Assembly (NCBI GenBank): GCA_038198935.1 | Contig: JBBPZQ010000103.1 | Location: 25,649-89,648, forward strand | Reading direction: 5' to 3' | DNA length: 64,000 bases | DNA from: Anaerolineae bacterium | GTDB taxonomy: Bacteria > Chloroflexota > Anaerolineae > JACRMK01 | Part shown: piece by piece, positions 45,271 to 54,479 of the stretch | Numbering within the stretch: the first letter of the stretch is position 1 | How the letters are laid out: each line of letters begins with the position of its first letter | Made by a program: the position numbers and the translations under genes | Notes under the pieces: generated by a model | What the model saw: the letters and a program-made list of their open reading frames with translations, nothing else | The model's database searches: none | Told to the model about the DNA's origin: nothing

Positions 45271-45947
45271 GATTCGTTCCCATAATATTTGTGCAAACTG
45301 TTGTCGAACTTCACGTTGTTGAGCACCGCGCCGATCAGCGGCGCGTTCACTTTTTTCAAGAGTGCGTGCGCCTTCTGCATGTGCTCGCGCTTCGTGCCAC
45401 CCGCGTTGACGACCAATAGCACGCCATCCACTTTGGAAGCCAGCACGGCTGCGTCGGTCACGGCGAGGATCGGCGGCGCGTCGAAGATCACCATGTCCGC
45501 GCGCGACTTCAGCATCGCGATCACATCCTCCATGCGCTTCGAGCCGATCATCTCCGACGGATTCGGCGGCAGCGGACCCGCCGTGAGCAATTGCAATCCG
45601 TCTTGCGGCGTCGCTTGCAAGGGCGGATTGTTCCAGTCCGCATCGGGAATCATCAGGCTGGTCAAGCCGCGCTCGTTGCGCAGACCGAACGCGAGATGCT
45701 GCGACGGTTTGCGCAGATCGCAATCCACCAGAATCACTTTTTTGCCCGCCTGCGCCATGGTGACGGCGAGGTTGGCGAGCGTGGTGGACTTGCCTTCTTC
45801 GGGACTGGCGGACGTGACGACGAGCGTTTGCAGTTTCTTGTCGAACGAGGAGAATTCGATGTTGGTGCGCAGCGTGCGATACGCTTCGCTAATCGGCGAG
45901 CGCGGATTGCTCAGTGTGATGAGTGCGCTCGGACGGTGGTTCAGCAT
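45267..45947 (-). CDS. CpsD/CapB-family tyrosine-protein kinase (BY-kinase) for polysaccharide export
   Basis: Walker A SASPEEGKSTT, Walker B VILVDCDLR, ILAVTDA motif. Confidence 0.8.
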   Translation of the reverse strand: MLNHRPSALITLSNPRSPISEAYRTLRTNIEFSSFDKKLQTLVVTSASPEEGKSTTLANLAVTMAQAGKKVILVDCDLRKPSQHLAFGLRNERGLTSLMIPDADWNNPPLQATPQDGLQLLTAGPLPPNPSEMIGSKRMEDVIAMLKSRADMVIFDAPPILAVTDAAVLASKVDGVLLVVNAGGTKREHMQKAHALLKKVNAPLIGAVLNNVKFDNSLHKYYGNES

Positions 45948-45965
45948 GAACTGACTCCAAACAAT

Positions 45966-46036
45966 AGTCCTGAGTGCTGAGTGCGGAGTCCTGAGTATAC
46001 AATTCACCCAGCACTCAGCACTCCGCACTCAGGACT
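45966..46036. repeat. palindrome with AGTCCTGAG/GTGCTGAG/GTGCGGAG repeat arms (paralog of 43108..43162)
   Basis: agtcctgagtgctgagtgcggagtcctgag...cagcactcagcactccgcactcaggact. Confidence 0.65.
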
Positions 46037-46039
46037 GAT

Positions 46040-46756
46040 TTACGCTCGTTTCCAAAACGCCAGCCGCGCGCGCGGCGCGTTGGCAGTCTGTGCTTCACGC
46101 GCCGTGATGGTGGGAATCGAGCCGATGACGGGCAAGCCTGTGTAGCGTTCCACGTCCTCGCTGGAACGCACGACATCCGACTCCAGCCATTCGAGCGCGA
46201 ACACGACGACGACGCCGAGCAGTGCGCCGAGCACGCCGCCCGCCAGCATATTGATGCTCGTCTTCGGCGAGAACACTTCGGGTGCGCTGGCGTTGTCAAT
46301 GATGGTCGTGAGGATGCGGTCGCGCTGATCAATTTCCAGATTCTCGAGCTGCCGCTGCTGCACGAATAATTCTGCAAACGTCTGCGCGACACGCTGCGCC
46401 GTTGCGCCGTCGCGATGTTTGGCGTCCACCTGAATCGTGAGGTCTGCTTCGTCCGACGTGAAATTCACCATGCCCAGCACGGCTTCGGATCGCATATCCA
46501 ATTGAAGTTTAGTGTTGACCTTCTGCGCCATCGTGAGCGAACTGAGTTTCTTCGTGTAACTGCGCAGGATGTTCTTGATGGTGAGCGTCTGACCGTAGTC
46601 GGGGCGTGCGGGCTCATTGTTCAGCGTGATGATGGAGCGGTAGATGGTCGGCTGCGTCTTGCTGAAGACGTAGGCACTGGCGACGGCGATCACGGCGACG
46701 AGCGCGATGATCCACCAGCGTTTGCGCAAAATTTTTAGATAGTCCCGCAAGTCCAT
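46040..46756 (-). CDS. Wzz/chain-length-determinant (polysaccharide copolymerase) domain protein
   Basis: MDLRDYLKILRKRWWIIALVAV N-terminal TM helix, C-terminal TM helix and GLP motif. Confidence 0.7.
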   Translation of the reverse strand: MDLRDYLKILRKRWWIIALVAVIAVASAYVFSKTQPTIYRSIITLNNEPARPDYGQTLTIKNILRSYTKKLSSLTMAQKVNTKLQLDMRSEAVLGMVNFTSDEADLTIQVDAKHRDGATAQRVAQTFAELFVQQRQLENLEIDQRDRILTTIIDNASAPEVFSPKTSINMLAGGVLGALLGVVVVFALEWLESDVVRSSEDVERYTGLPVIGSIPTITAREAQTANAPRARLAFWKRA

Positions 46757-46878
46757 GAGCGTACTCCTCGCAAAACTTCGCGGATTGTAACATGAGAGGA
46801 AGCAATCACGAAAAGCGAATCACAATGCGCGATACGTAATGCGTGATGCGCAATGGTTACGAATTACGAATTGACGGA

Positions 46879-47571
46879 TCACCGCCGCAGCCAACTCCGA
46901 CTCTGCCGAGGAATCTCGCCGAGTACGGGCATGCCGAGTTGCTCGACATCGCGGGTGCCGCGCACGGAATCGTCCAGGTAGTCAATCAGAAACGCGAGCG
47001 CGACACCCGCGATGGCTGCGAGCGCGATGCGAATCGGCAGGTCCAGCCGCCCACGCAGGTCGGTGGTGGATTCGCTGATGGTAGGCCCGTCAATGATTTG
47101 AATCGAAGCGCGATAGGTGTTCAGTTGCGCGAAGTATTTCGCGTTGTCTTCCCTCAGTGCCTTCGCCGCGCAGTTCGCAACCTTCGTCAGCTGCTCGCGG
47201 TCTTGGCTGCTGATGCTGAGCGTCAGGATGCGATGCTGCTTCTGCGTATTCGCCGCGCCTTGAATGCCGCCGACTGGCACGCCCGCGCACGTGCTGACGC
47301 CTTGCGCGAATAGACCCGACTTCACCACTTCGGAAAAATCGTCGGTGATGTATTCGGACACGAGCCAGTCGTAGTAGGCGGGATCATAATAGATCGTGTT
47401 GGTGACCGGCACGCTCTCGCGCGCCAGTCCAATGGTGAAGCGCATCGTCGCCGTGTACGTCGTCGTCGGCTTCGGCGTGAGCAAGTACGATGCAGCGAAC
47501 ACGACGGCGACCAGCACGGCGATAATCCACCAGCGGCGGCGCACGACGTTCCAGTAGGCTCGAAGTTCCAT
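46879..47571 (-). CDS. Wzz/chain-length-determinant domain protein (second copy)
   Basis: MELRAYWNVVRRRWWIIAVLVAV...; same layout as 46040..46756. Confidence 0.65.
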   Translation of the reverse strand: MELRAYWNVVRRRWWIIAVLVAVVFAASYLLTPKPTTTYTATMRFTIGLARESVPVTNTIYYDPAYYDWLVSEYITDDFSEVVKSGLFAQGVSTCAGVPVGGIQGAANTQKQHRILTLSISSQDREQLTKVANCAAKALREDNAKYFAQLNTYRASIQIIDGPTISESTTDLRGRLDLPIRIALAAIAGVALAFLIDYLDDSVRGTRDVEQLGMPVLGEIPRQSRSWLRR

Positions 47572-47584
47572 GCAGACTCCAGCA

Positions 47585-47654
47585 GTCAGTAGCCAGTAGT
47601 CGGTAGTCAGACGAATCCATCTGGCTACTGGCGACTGGCGACTGGCGACTCTAC
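47585..47654. repeat. palindrome with GTAGYC / CTGGCGA repeat arms
   Basis: agtcagtagccagtagtcggtagtcag...ctggctactggcgactggcgactggcgact. Confidence 0.6.
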
Positions 47655-48731
47655 AAAATTCGTGAACTGTTCGCGAAACCGCTCGCGGCTGAACTGCTGT
47701 GCGTGCGCTTGGATCGCGGTCGCGTCAAAATGCAATTTTTCAAAACGGCGCACTGCATCCACGAGCGACTTCGCGCTGGGTTCGTGGAAAAAAATGCCGG
47801 TCACCCCTTTTGCCACCGTGTCGAGCGCGCCACCCGTGCCGAACGCGATCACAGGCCGGCCCGCCGCCATCGCCTCGACGGGCGCGATGCCGAAGTCGTC
47901 TTCGCCCGGGAAGATGAACGCGCGGCAGCGGTAGCGATAGCGGTCGCACTGAGCGTCGTCGAGCCGTCCGAGAAATTTGATGTGGGGCTTCGCCAGCGCT
48001 TGCAGCCGCGCGCGATCACGCCCATCGCCGATGACGACGAGCGGCAGTCCAAGCATGTTGAACGCCTCGACGACGAGATCAATGCGCTTGTATGGCAGCA
48101 GCCGCGAGACAACCAGATAAAATTTTTCAGGCGGCGCGTCATTCGCGTGGAAGCGCTCGGTGTTCACCGGCGGATAGATGACCTGCGAGTCGCAGCGATA
48201 AAATCGTTGAATGCGCTGTTGGATCGCGTGCGAGATGGCGGCGAAGCGCGTCACGCGCTGTGCCGCCTTGTACTCGACGCGCTTCAGCAGCGGCAGCAGC
48301 GGCGGCACGGCAATGCGCGCGATCCCGCCCGCGCCTTCGCCTTGCACGTAGTTGGCGAAATTCCAGACGAAGCGCGTCGGCGTGAGGCAGTAGCACAGGT
48401 GGCGCGCGTCGTGCCGCACGCGCACGTTGAGGCAGAACGCGCTCTTGTTGCTGATGACCAGATCGTATTCAGAGAGGTCGAGCGAGCGGAACGCAAACGG
48501 ATAGGCGAGCAGAAACCATTGGTGGTGCGTCTTGCTGAGGCGAATGCGATCTAGCGGCGAAGTGCGGATGTCCCATTGCTGATACTGCGGCGGCATCCTT
48601 TCGCGCCAATAGATCGAAGTGTAGATCGGCGCGTGGGGAAACAGCGCGTGCAATTCCTCCAGCACATTTTCCGCGCCGCCAACTTGATTGAGCCAATCGT
48701 GCACGAGCGCCACGCGCGGTTTCGTGATCAT
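47625..48731 (-). CDS. glycosyltransferase family 4
   Basis: Start MITKPRVALVHDW; GT4 C-terminal E..E motif region. Confidence 0.8.
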   Translation of the reverse strand: MITKPRVALVHDWLNQVGGAENVLEELHALFPHAPIYTSIYWRERMPPQYQQWDIRTSPLDRIRLSKTHHQWFLLAYPFAFRSLDLSEYDLVISNKSAFCLNVRVRHDARHLCYCLTPTRFVWNFANYVQGEGAGGIARIAVPPLLPLLKRVEYKAAQRVTRFAAISHAIQQRIQRFYRCDSQVIYPPVNTERFHANDAPPEKFYLVVSRLLPYKRIDLVVEAFNMLGLPLVVIGDGRDRARLQALAKPHIKFLGRLDDAQCDRYRYRCRAFIFPGEDDFGIAPVEAMAAGRPVIAFGTGGALDTVAKGVTGIFFHEPSAKSLVDAVRRFEKLHFDATAIQAHAQQFSRERFREQFTNFVESPVASRQ

Positions 48732-48790
48732 GCACGGCGAGTATAACGCAGGTTCGAGAAAATAGGGAAACAGGAAAATGCGATGGCGGA

Positions 48791-48895
48791 CAGGTGTCAA
48801 GTGTCACATGTCACGTCTGTGATCATTCACACATGACACATGACACATGGCACGTGACACTTGGCGCTTCCCGCTCCACACCTGTCACTTGTCTC
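48791..48895. repeat. palindrome with GTGTCA/TGACAC repeat arms upstream of the glycosyltransferase / downstream of arcC
   Basis: caggtgtcaagtgtcacatgtcacgtctgtgat...acatgacacatgacacatggcacgtgacacttg...cacctgtcacttgtc. Confidence 0.6.
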
Positions 48896-49829
48896 CTATG
48901 ATTCTTGTGCCCGTCTCGCCGCGCAGGGCGCGCGCGATGTTCTCGGGGTTCGTGATGATGGCTTCCTGTCCGCCGTTCACGATGAAGCGCACGCAGGCCT
49001 CGATCTTCGGACCCATGCTGCCCGCGGGGAACTGTCCTGCGGCGAGGAACCGCTGCGCATCGGCAACGCTGAGTTGCGCGAGCGGCTGCGGATTAGGGTT
49101 TTTGTAATTGAGCATGACCTGCTCGACGGCGGTGGAGATCAGGAACAGGTCGGCGTGAATCGAACTGGCAAGCAATGACGATGCGTAATCTTTATCAATC
49201 ACCGCTTCGACGCCGTGCAGCAGCCCATGCTCGTCGCGCACGACGGGGATGCCGCCGCCACCGACCGCGATCACGATGAAGCCGTCGCCAATCAATCGCT
49301 TGATCACGTCCACTTCGACAATCGCTTGCGGCTGTGGCGACGGCACGACACGCCGCCAGCCGCGCCCCGCGTCCTCGACCATCGCCCAGCCGCGCGTCTG
49401 CATGTGCTCGCGCGCCTTCGCGTCGTCGTAGAACGAGCCGATCGGCTTGCTCGGTTTTTGAAACGCCGGGTCGTCACGATCCACCAGCACCTGCGTGACG
49501 ACGGTCGCCGCCTGTCGCGCGATGCCTCGCTGCTGAAACTCGTTCTGCAAGCATTGCTGGATCATGTAGCCGAGCGCGCCCTGTGTGTCCGCGCCGCACG
49601 AATCGAGCGGGACGGTGTGCAGCACGTGCACCGACAAATCCGAGCGCAGCAAGATGAAGCCAACTTGGGGCCCGTTGCCGTGCGTCACGACGAGGTTCCA
49701 ACCGTCCTGCACCATCGCCGCGAGGTGCTTCGCGGTCTCGCGCGTGGCCGCGAACTGGTCGGGCACGCTCTGATGATGCGGATCGCTGATGAGGCTATTG
49801 CCGCCAATGGCGACGACGGCGGTGGGCAA
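48885..49829 (-). CDS. arcC: carbamate kinase
   Basis: 314 aa; VVAIGGN, THGNGPQVG motifs. Apparent TTG start. Confidence 0.85.
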   Translation of the reverse strand: MPTAVVAIGGNSLISDPHHQSVPDQFAATRETAKHLAAMVQDGWNLVVTHGNGPQVGFILLRSDLSVHVLHTVPLDSCGADTQGALGYMIQQCLQNEFQQRGIARQAATVVTQVLVDRDDPAFQKPSKPIGSFYDDAKAREHMQTRGWAMVEDAGRGWRRVVPSPQPQAIVEVDVIKRLIGDGFIVIAVGGGGIPVVRDEHGLLHGVEAVIDKDYASSLLASSIHADLFLISTAVEQVMLNYKNPNPQPLAQLSVADAQRFLAAGQFPAGSMGPKIEACVRFIVNGGQEAIITNPENIARALRGETGTRIIGDK

Positions 49830-49941
49830 TTGACATCTCCATCATCGGATGTTATATTGTGTTCGAGCGGTCTCGTAAGTCCTGGTGTCACTGGCTCCAC
49901 ATTTGGGAGTCCCACTCCGTCCAAACGGTCTTCAGTGATCG

Positions 49942-50581
49942 TCACTGGTCACGGTGGTCATCGGTGCCTAGGGTGAGCCGCTTTTTCTTTTTGGTGCTCA
50001 AATCGTCGAAGTGGATGATCTTCGAGCGGATGATGTTGTAGTACTCGCTGTGATGATGACGATAGTGCTGCATCACAGCCCAAGCCACGAAGTCGGGCGC
50101 GATCATCTCAGGCATTGTCTGTGAGTCGGTCTGATGCAGACGGACGATGTTGCCAGCAACGCCCGCAATCGCCTCGCGTAACCCCAGCCTCCAAGTCCGC
50201 TTGTTGTCTCTTGTTGGTGTGACGTTTGTCAATAAACAGGTCTATGCGAATGTGTCGCCTCACTGCTTGAAGCGCACAACCCTCAATCAATTCTTGGTAA
50301 AGTCTTTCGTAATCCTCAAGCGCATTTCCTCTATTACGCCAGATTGCAACATCAATCGAGATAACCGGATCGTCAGCAAGCGCATTCAGAACCTTTCGCA
50401 ATGTGCGCGGCGGTGAAACGGACGCTTTCAACTCGGAACGCGCTTTCAATTTCAGGACACGCCTCAAGCGTCGCATCGCCAATTCTAGATGGCGGCGATT
50501 CGTCGTGACGACCGAGACGACGGCGACGAAGTGGTCGTCGCTAGTTGCGTACAAGGACTCGTCAACGAAGGCTGCAATCAC
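49942..50581 (-). pseudogene. DUF3800-family gene disrupted by a frameshift
   Basis: The N-terminal part (MIAAFVDESLYAT..., GTG start at 50581) is in the 50108..50581 frame; a plausible C-terminal continuation is in the 49942..50232 frame. Confidence 0.45.
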
Positions 50582-50639
50582 TAGAGCATCCGTGCTGCAA
50601 TGTCATATGGACGACGCAGTGTCTTAAGAGAGCACTCAC

Positions 50640-50686
50640 TGGATTGCCGCTAATGGCGACGAAGGCGGTGGGCAATAGACACCCAC
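50640..50686 (-). pseudogene. degenerate duplicate of the arcC 5' end (encodes LPTAFVAISGNP)
   Basis: About 45 bp with 41 identities to 49793..49838 (LPTAVVAIGGNS). Confidence 0.55.
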
Positions 50687-50694
50687 CTGGTTTT

Positions 50695-53361
50695 TCAAAG
50701 CAATGCTGGTTGTGCAATCACCACCACATCGGCAAATTCGGTTGCTTGCAGTGCTTCGTATTCTGCTTGCTTGACCTTGATGTACTTCCATTCCGTGCCC
50801 GTCAGCCGCGTGGCGTTCTCCGCCCAGAGCGTGGCCGCGCGGTCTTTGTTTGCCACGTCCACATCCTCACGCCCTTTGGTCTCTATCAGGTAATTCGTAC
50901 CCTGTTCGGCCACAGCCACGAAGTCAGGCTCATAGTAGCGCAAGTTGTTGTTGGCGTCGGTGTATTCGATGGCGAAGCCAAATTGCTCAGGCAGCTTGGC
51001 GAAGGCCGCAACGTCGGGCGCGTTGTGCAGGAACTTGGCGAATGATTTTTCAAACTCGTTGCCACACGGCACGAGGTTGAACACGCACTTGCGCGAGTCG
51101 AACGTCGGGCGTGAATACGGAAACGGCGGCGTCACCGATAGTTTCCGACCCGCATCCAAGAGTTGCGGTTGCAGTTCTTGCACGACGAGCGGACGCAGCA
51201 CACGCACAAACTCTCGCACCGTGACGAACTGAACCACTTCGGAACTGATGGCTTTGATGAGCGCGGGGTCGTCCAAGTTGACGCGCTCACCAAAGGCGTA
51301 CACCTCCAAGAACTCGCGGACTTTCGGCACGAGCGCGGCGAACTGCGACGGCAGTTTTACATCTTGTGCGATGCGCTTGGCGTAGTAGGAGATGACCTCT
51401 TGCGAAGTTTGTACGTCGGGCAGTTTGTAGTCGCGCTCGACAATCTTTTGCAGCGTGATGAAGTCGTAGCCTTCATAGTGGAACTGCTGAATATCCGCCT
51501 GCTCGGACTTGCGCGGCAGCTTGGGTGCGCGTATCGCGGACACGTCTAGCGCGACAATCTCGTCGGCTAAGGTGCGCTTGCGCGTCAGTATCGGGCTGAG
51601 GACGGGCAGCGCGATGTCTTTGTCTAGCTTGTCTGGGTCGGGCGCGATGGTGACGATGGTGAGTTTGTCTTTGCCGACTTCAAATGTGTCTAATTTGATG
51701 TCCTCGTCTTTTTCGAGTTGCTCGACAAACTCGATGAATGCCTTATTGCCGATGACGTCCACGCGCTCGGTGTAGGCTGTAGCGAAGCCGCGAAACATGA
51801 GCCGCAAGCCGCGCCCGATGGTTTGTTCGGGCAAGATGTTGGCCTTCGATGAGTAAGGTCGCAAACCCACCACCACTGTTACGTTCTGCACGTCCCAGCC
51901 TTCGCGCAGCATCAACACGCTGACAATCGCATTGATGGGACTGTGCAGGTCGTCCACTTCGCGGGCGACGGTGCGCGCTTTGTCGAGGTCGCGCTTCGAC
52001 ACTTCGCCTTTGCGGTCGGTGTGGATGACGAGCAATTGGTCGCCGCCGAACTCGGATGGGTACTTGGTGCGCAGGTAGTCGCCCACGTCCTCGGCTTCGT
52101 CGGTGGTGTTCATCATCACGAACAACAGCGGCTTGCGCTTGAGTTGTGCGAGTTGTTCGCGGTATTCGCGCCAGCGTTCCACGCCTGCCGTGAGGTATGC
52201 CTTGTATTTGGTGCTCGTAACAGACGAAGGAGTTTCACGGATGCCCGTCGTGATGCCTTTCGTTGGACGCTTGACGATGCCATCAATAATGGCTTGCTTG
52301 AGCGGGTAATCGTAAATCGTCCAGGTGAACAGGCTGCCCATGCTGTAACGCGGCGTGGCGGAGAAGTCGAGTTGGGCAGCGACCCCCACCCCAACCCTCC
52401 CCCGTTCGCCAACTGCGCGAACAGGGGAGGGAGTTTGCTCCCCTTCCCCTGTCCGTGCTTTTTCGGACGGGGGAAGGGGTAGGGGGATGGGGGTCAGGCT
52501 CGCGTGCAACTGGCGGATACTCTTGTTCCATTCGCTTTCTTCGTCGTGGGTGTGGTGCGCCTCGTCGTTGACGACCAACAATCGCCCGCCGCGTTTGATG
52601 ATGCGCGTATCGAAGTCCGCAATCTCCATTGGTTGTGCGGGCGGCTTCGCGCCAAGCACCGCCGTCATGATGTCGGGTTCGTCGCCGTCGCCGTTGTCTC
52701 GTTCGTAAAATTGTTGGATGTTGGTCAGGTATAACGCGCCGAGCGAGTGTGCGCGTTCGCCATCGCCGCGCATGTAGCAATCGAAGTCCCAGTGGATTTT
52801 CAGTTCGGGCGGGATGAGCGGGTCAACCTTGAAGATTCTGCCGCTGGCAAAATCGGCCTTCAATCGCTCGAAGACAATCACGTTGGGAGCGATGACGAGA
52901 AACGTCGTGGCGTAATCGTCGGCATTTTCCAACACGGCATTGAAGTATTGCCACACGATCGCCAGCGACATGATTTTCGTTTTGCCGCTGCCCGTCGCCA
53001 TCTTGATGCAGTAGCGCGCGAACTCGTCGTATTGCAAGAGCCGCAAGTCTTTGTTCGAGCCTGCGTATTGCTCGACCAAATCCTTGTGACGGCGCACGCG
53101 CGCGACTTCGTACAGATAAATCAGCGTCTCGATGGCGAACTTCTGCGAGTCGTGATAGGTGAAGGCGCGGCCATTGGGCAGGCGATGGTCGGTCTTGAAC
53201 CAATGATTGAGCAGGGCGCGTGTCGTCGCGGTGACGCCTTTGTACTTGTCAGCGCGCCAGGCGTCAACGGCTTTGCGGATGGCGGGCACGCACGGCGCGG
53301 TCTTGAGGCGTGGCTCCAGTAGCGAGAGTTGGCTATCAGGTTTGCGAGCGCGGCGGGGCAT
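50695..53361 (-). CDS. res: Type III restriction enzyme Res subunit (helicase-like)
   Basis: 888 aa; helicase motif I TGSGKT, motif II VVNDEAHH, Type III Res C-terminal region. Contains an in-frame GC-rich palindromic insert. Confidence 0.85.
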   Translation of the reverse strand: MPRRARKPDSQLSLLEPRLKTAPCVPAIRKAVDAWRADKYKGVTATTRALLNHWFKTDHRLPNGRAFTYHDSQKFAIETLIYLYEVARVRRHKDLVEQYAGSNKDLRLLQYDEFARYCIKMATGSGKTKIMSLAIVWQYFNAVLENADDYATTFLVIAPNVIVFERLKADFASGRIFKVDPLIPPELKIHWDFDCYMRGDGERAHSLGALYLTNIQQFYERDNGDGDEPDIMTAVLGAKPPAQPMEIADFDTRIIKRGGRLLVVNDEAHHTHDEESEWNKSIRQLHASLTPIPLPLPPSEKARTGEGEQTPSPVRAVGERGRVGVGVAAQLDFSATPRYSMGSLFTWTIYDYPLKQAIIDGIVKRPTKGITTGIRETPSSVTSTKYKAYLTAGVERWREYREQLAQLKRKPLLFVMMNTTDEAEDVGDYLRTKYPSEFGGDQLLVIHTDRKGEVSKRDLDKARTVAREVDDLHSPINAIVSVLMLREGWDVQNVTVVVGLRPYSSKANILPEQTIGRGLRLMFRGFATAYTERVDVIGNKAFIEFVEQLEKDEDIKLDTFEVGKDKLTIVTIAPDPDKLDKDIALPVLSPILTRKRTLADEIVALDVSAIRAPKLPRKSEQADIQQFHYEGYDFITLQKIVERDYKLPDVQTSQEVISYYAKRIAQDVKLPSQFAALVPKVREFLEVYAFGERVNLDDPALIKAISSEVVQFVTVREFVRVLRPLVVQELQPQLLDAGRKLSVTPPFPYSRPTFDSRKCVFNLVPCGNEFEKSFAKFLHNAPDVAAFAKLPEQFGFAIEYTDANNNLRYYEPDFVAVAEQGTNYLIETKGREDVDVANKDRAATLWAENATRLTGTEWKYIKVKQAEYEALQATEFADVVVIAQPALL
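52381..52495. repeat. GC-rich nested palindromic element inserted in-frame in res
   Basis: gacccccaccccaaccctcccccg...ggggtagggggatgggggtc outer arms plus two inner hairpins; encodes ...PLPLPPSEKARTGEGEQTPSPVRAVGERGRVGVGV.... Confidence 0.7.
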
Positions 53362-53433
53362 AAAATTTTCTTACCTTGTTATTGACATACCCAAACGATG
53401 TGACTATACTGTGCCTGCAAACAAAAGTATTGC

Positions 53434-53715
53434 AGCCAGTCGCTTGTAGGTGAACGCCGGCTCCAAAGTCCCAGCACTGCTCAGTGCAGGGATGCCGTGC
53501 GCTGGGTAAACCAGCCTAGCCTACAGGGGGCTGGCGGCGATAGATGCGCCACCGACCACCGAAACCCGTACCGAGTGTATGGTGAACCTTCCGTCGGAAG
53601 GAGTTAGGGGGCAGGGCGTGTCCACTGTGTTGGAATAGCCAGTCGGCTGTAGGTGAAAGTCGGCTTCATGCCGTGCGCTCGACATCCGAGCCTAGCCTAC
53701 AGAGGGCTGGCTTTT
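53434..53715 (+). repeat. two tandem structured repeat units (GCCAGTCGSYTGTAGGTGAA...GCCTAGCCTACAGRGGGCTGG), the second ending in hairpin + TTTTTC
   Basis: Unit 1 about 53434..53545, unit 2 about 53640..53715; long-range CTGTAGG/CCTACAG and GCCAG/CTGGC pairing. Confidence 0.5.
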
Positions 53716-54479
53716 TCTATGTCAAACGGATTGTCGCGGCTATACCAGTTCTTCGGATACATGGCGCTGTCATAGCGGTCCACCAGTAAACTTACTTTGT
53801 CCTCGACGTAGCGATAGTAACGCATCTCCCTCCTCACAAAAGCGCGATAGACTGCCCAGTTCATGTAATCAATCACTTGCAGACACGGCTCGCCTACCGC
53901 ATTCTGAGGTAAGACGACAATCTCTGTTTCCACCTTGGTCTCCCAACGGGTTTCAAAATTGGCGACGCCGCGTTGAATCGCTTGCTCCAATTGGGCTTGA
54001 CGCTTGCGCGAGCCACGTTGGGCAAAGTAGATCAGATTGCGCGCATAGCGATGCAAGACATTCTCGAAAAGCAAACTGATCAAGTAATCATAGAACGTGC
54101 TTTCATTAGCATGAAACGAATTGCGAAAAACGCGCTCAACTTTGCGCGCAACGACGAACTGGGCTTTGAAATCCTGCGCGCGCAACATTTTGAACACGGC
54201 CTGGCGAACTTCGGGCGTATCATCCTTCGCATGAAACGCTGCGTATGTTTTGCCGATGGAAGGAATATCTCGCAAATACTCGTCGGCGGCAAGCTCGGCG
54301 TGCAATTCCGCCAGCGCGCGGCGAATCGGGCTCGCGTCGCTCGTCTCGATGAATCCCAAAATCAATATAGGCGAGCAGCCCTCCTGCCCGACAATCAGGT
54401 TGCCGTGGCGGTCGTAGAACGTCGGGTCGCCTGACTCGTCCACAAAATACCAACACGACCCCTCTGCCGCTTCCTTCAT
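53697..54479 (-). CDS. DUF3800-family protein
   Basis: 260 aa; N-terminal [12 protein letters not shown] motif typical of DUF3800; start overlaps the mod stop by 4 nt. Confidence 0.6.
   Translation of the reverse strand: MKEAAEGSCWYFVDESGDPTFYDRHGNLIVGQEGCSPILILGFIETSDASPIRRALAELHAELAADEYLRDIPSIGKTYAAFHAKDDTPEVRQAVFKMLRAQDFKAQFVVARKVERVFRNSFHANESTFYDYLISLLFENVLHRYARNLIYFAQRGSRKRQAQLEQAIQRGVANFETRWETKVETEIVVLPQNAVGEPCLQVIDYMNWAVYRAFVRREMRYYRYVEDKVSLLVDRYDSAMYPKNWYSRDNPFDIEKASPL

Noticed and set aside
44128-45285. 385-aa plus-strand ORF and 43253..44249 ORFs
   Set aside because: Antisense to plsX and the nucleotidyltransferase gene, which are strongly supported.
44155-45723. Long 522-aa version of the nucleotidyltransferase ORF
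   Set aside because: N-terminal 166 residues are Arg/Ala-rich without similarity; a conserved MKGLILSGGKGTRL start with RBS lies at 45222, so the extension is judged spurious.
46795-46880. Possible large palindrome between the two Wzz genes
   Set aside because: Contains ATGCGY-type repeats similar to 41772..41825, but I could not define convincing complementary arms; mentioned only as related repeats.
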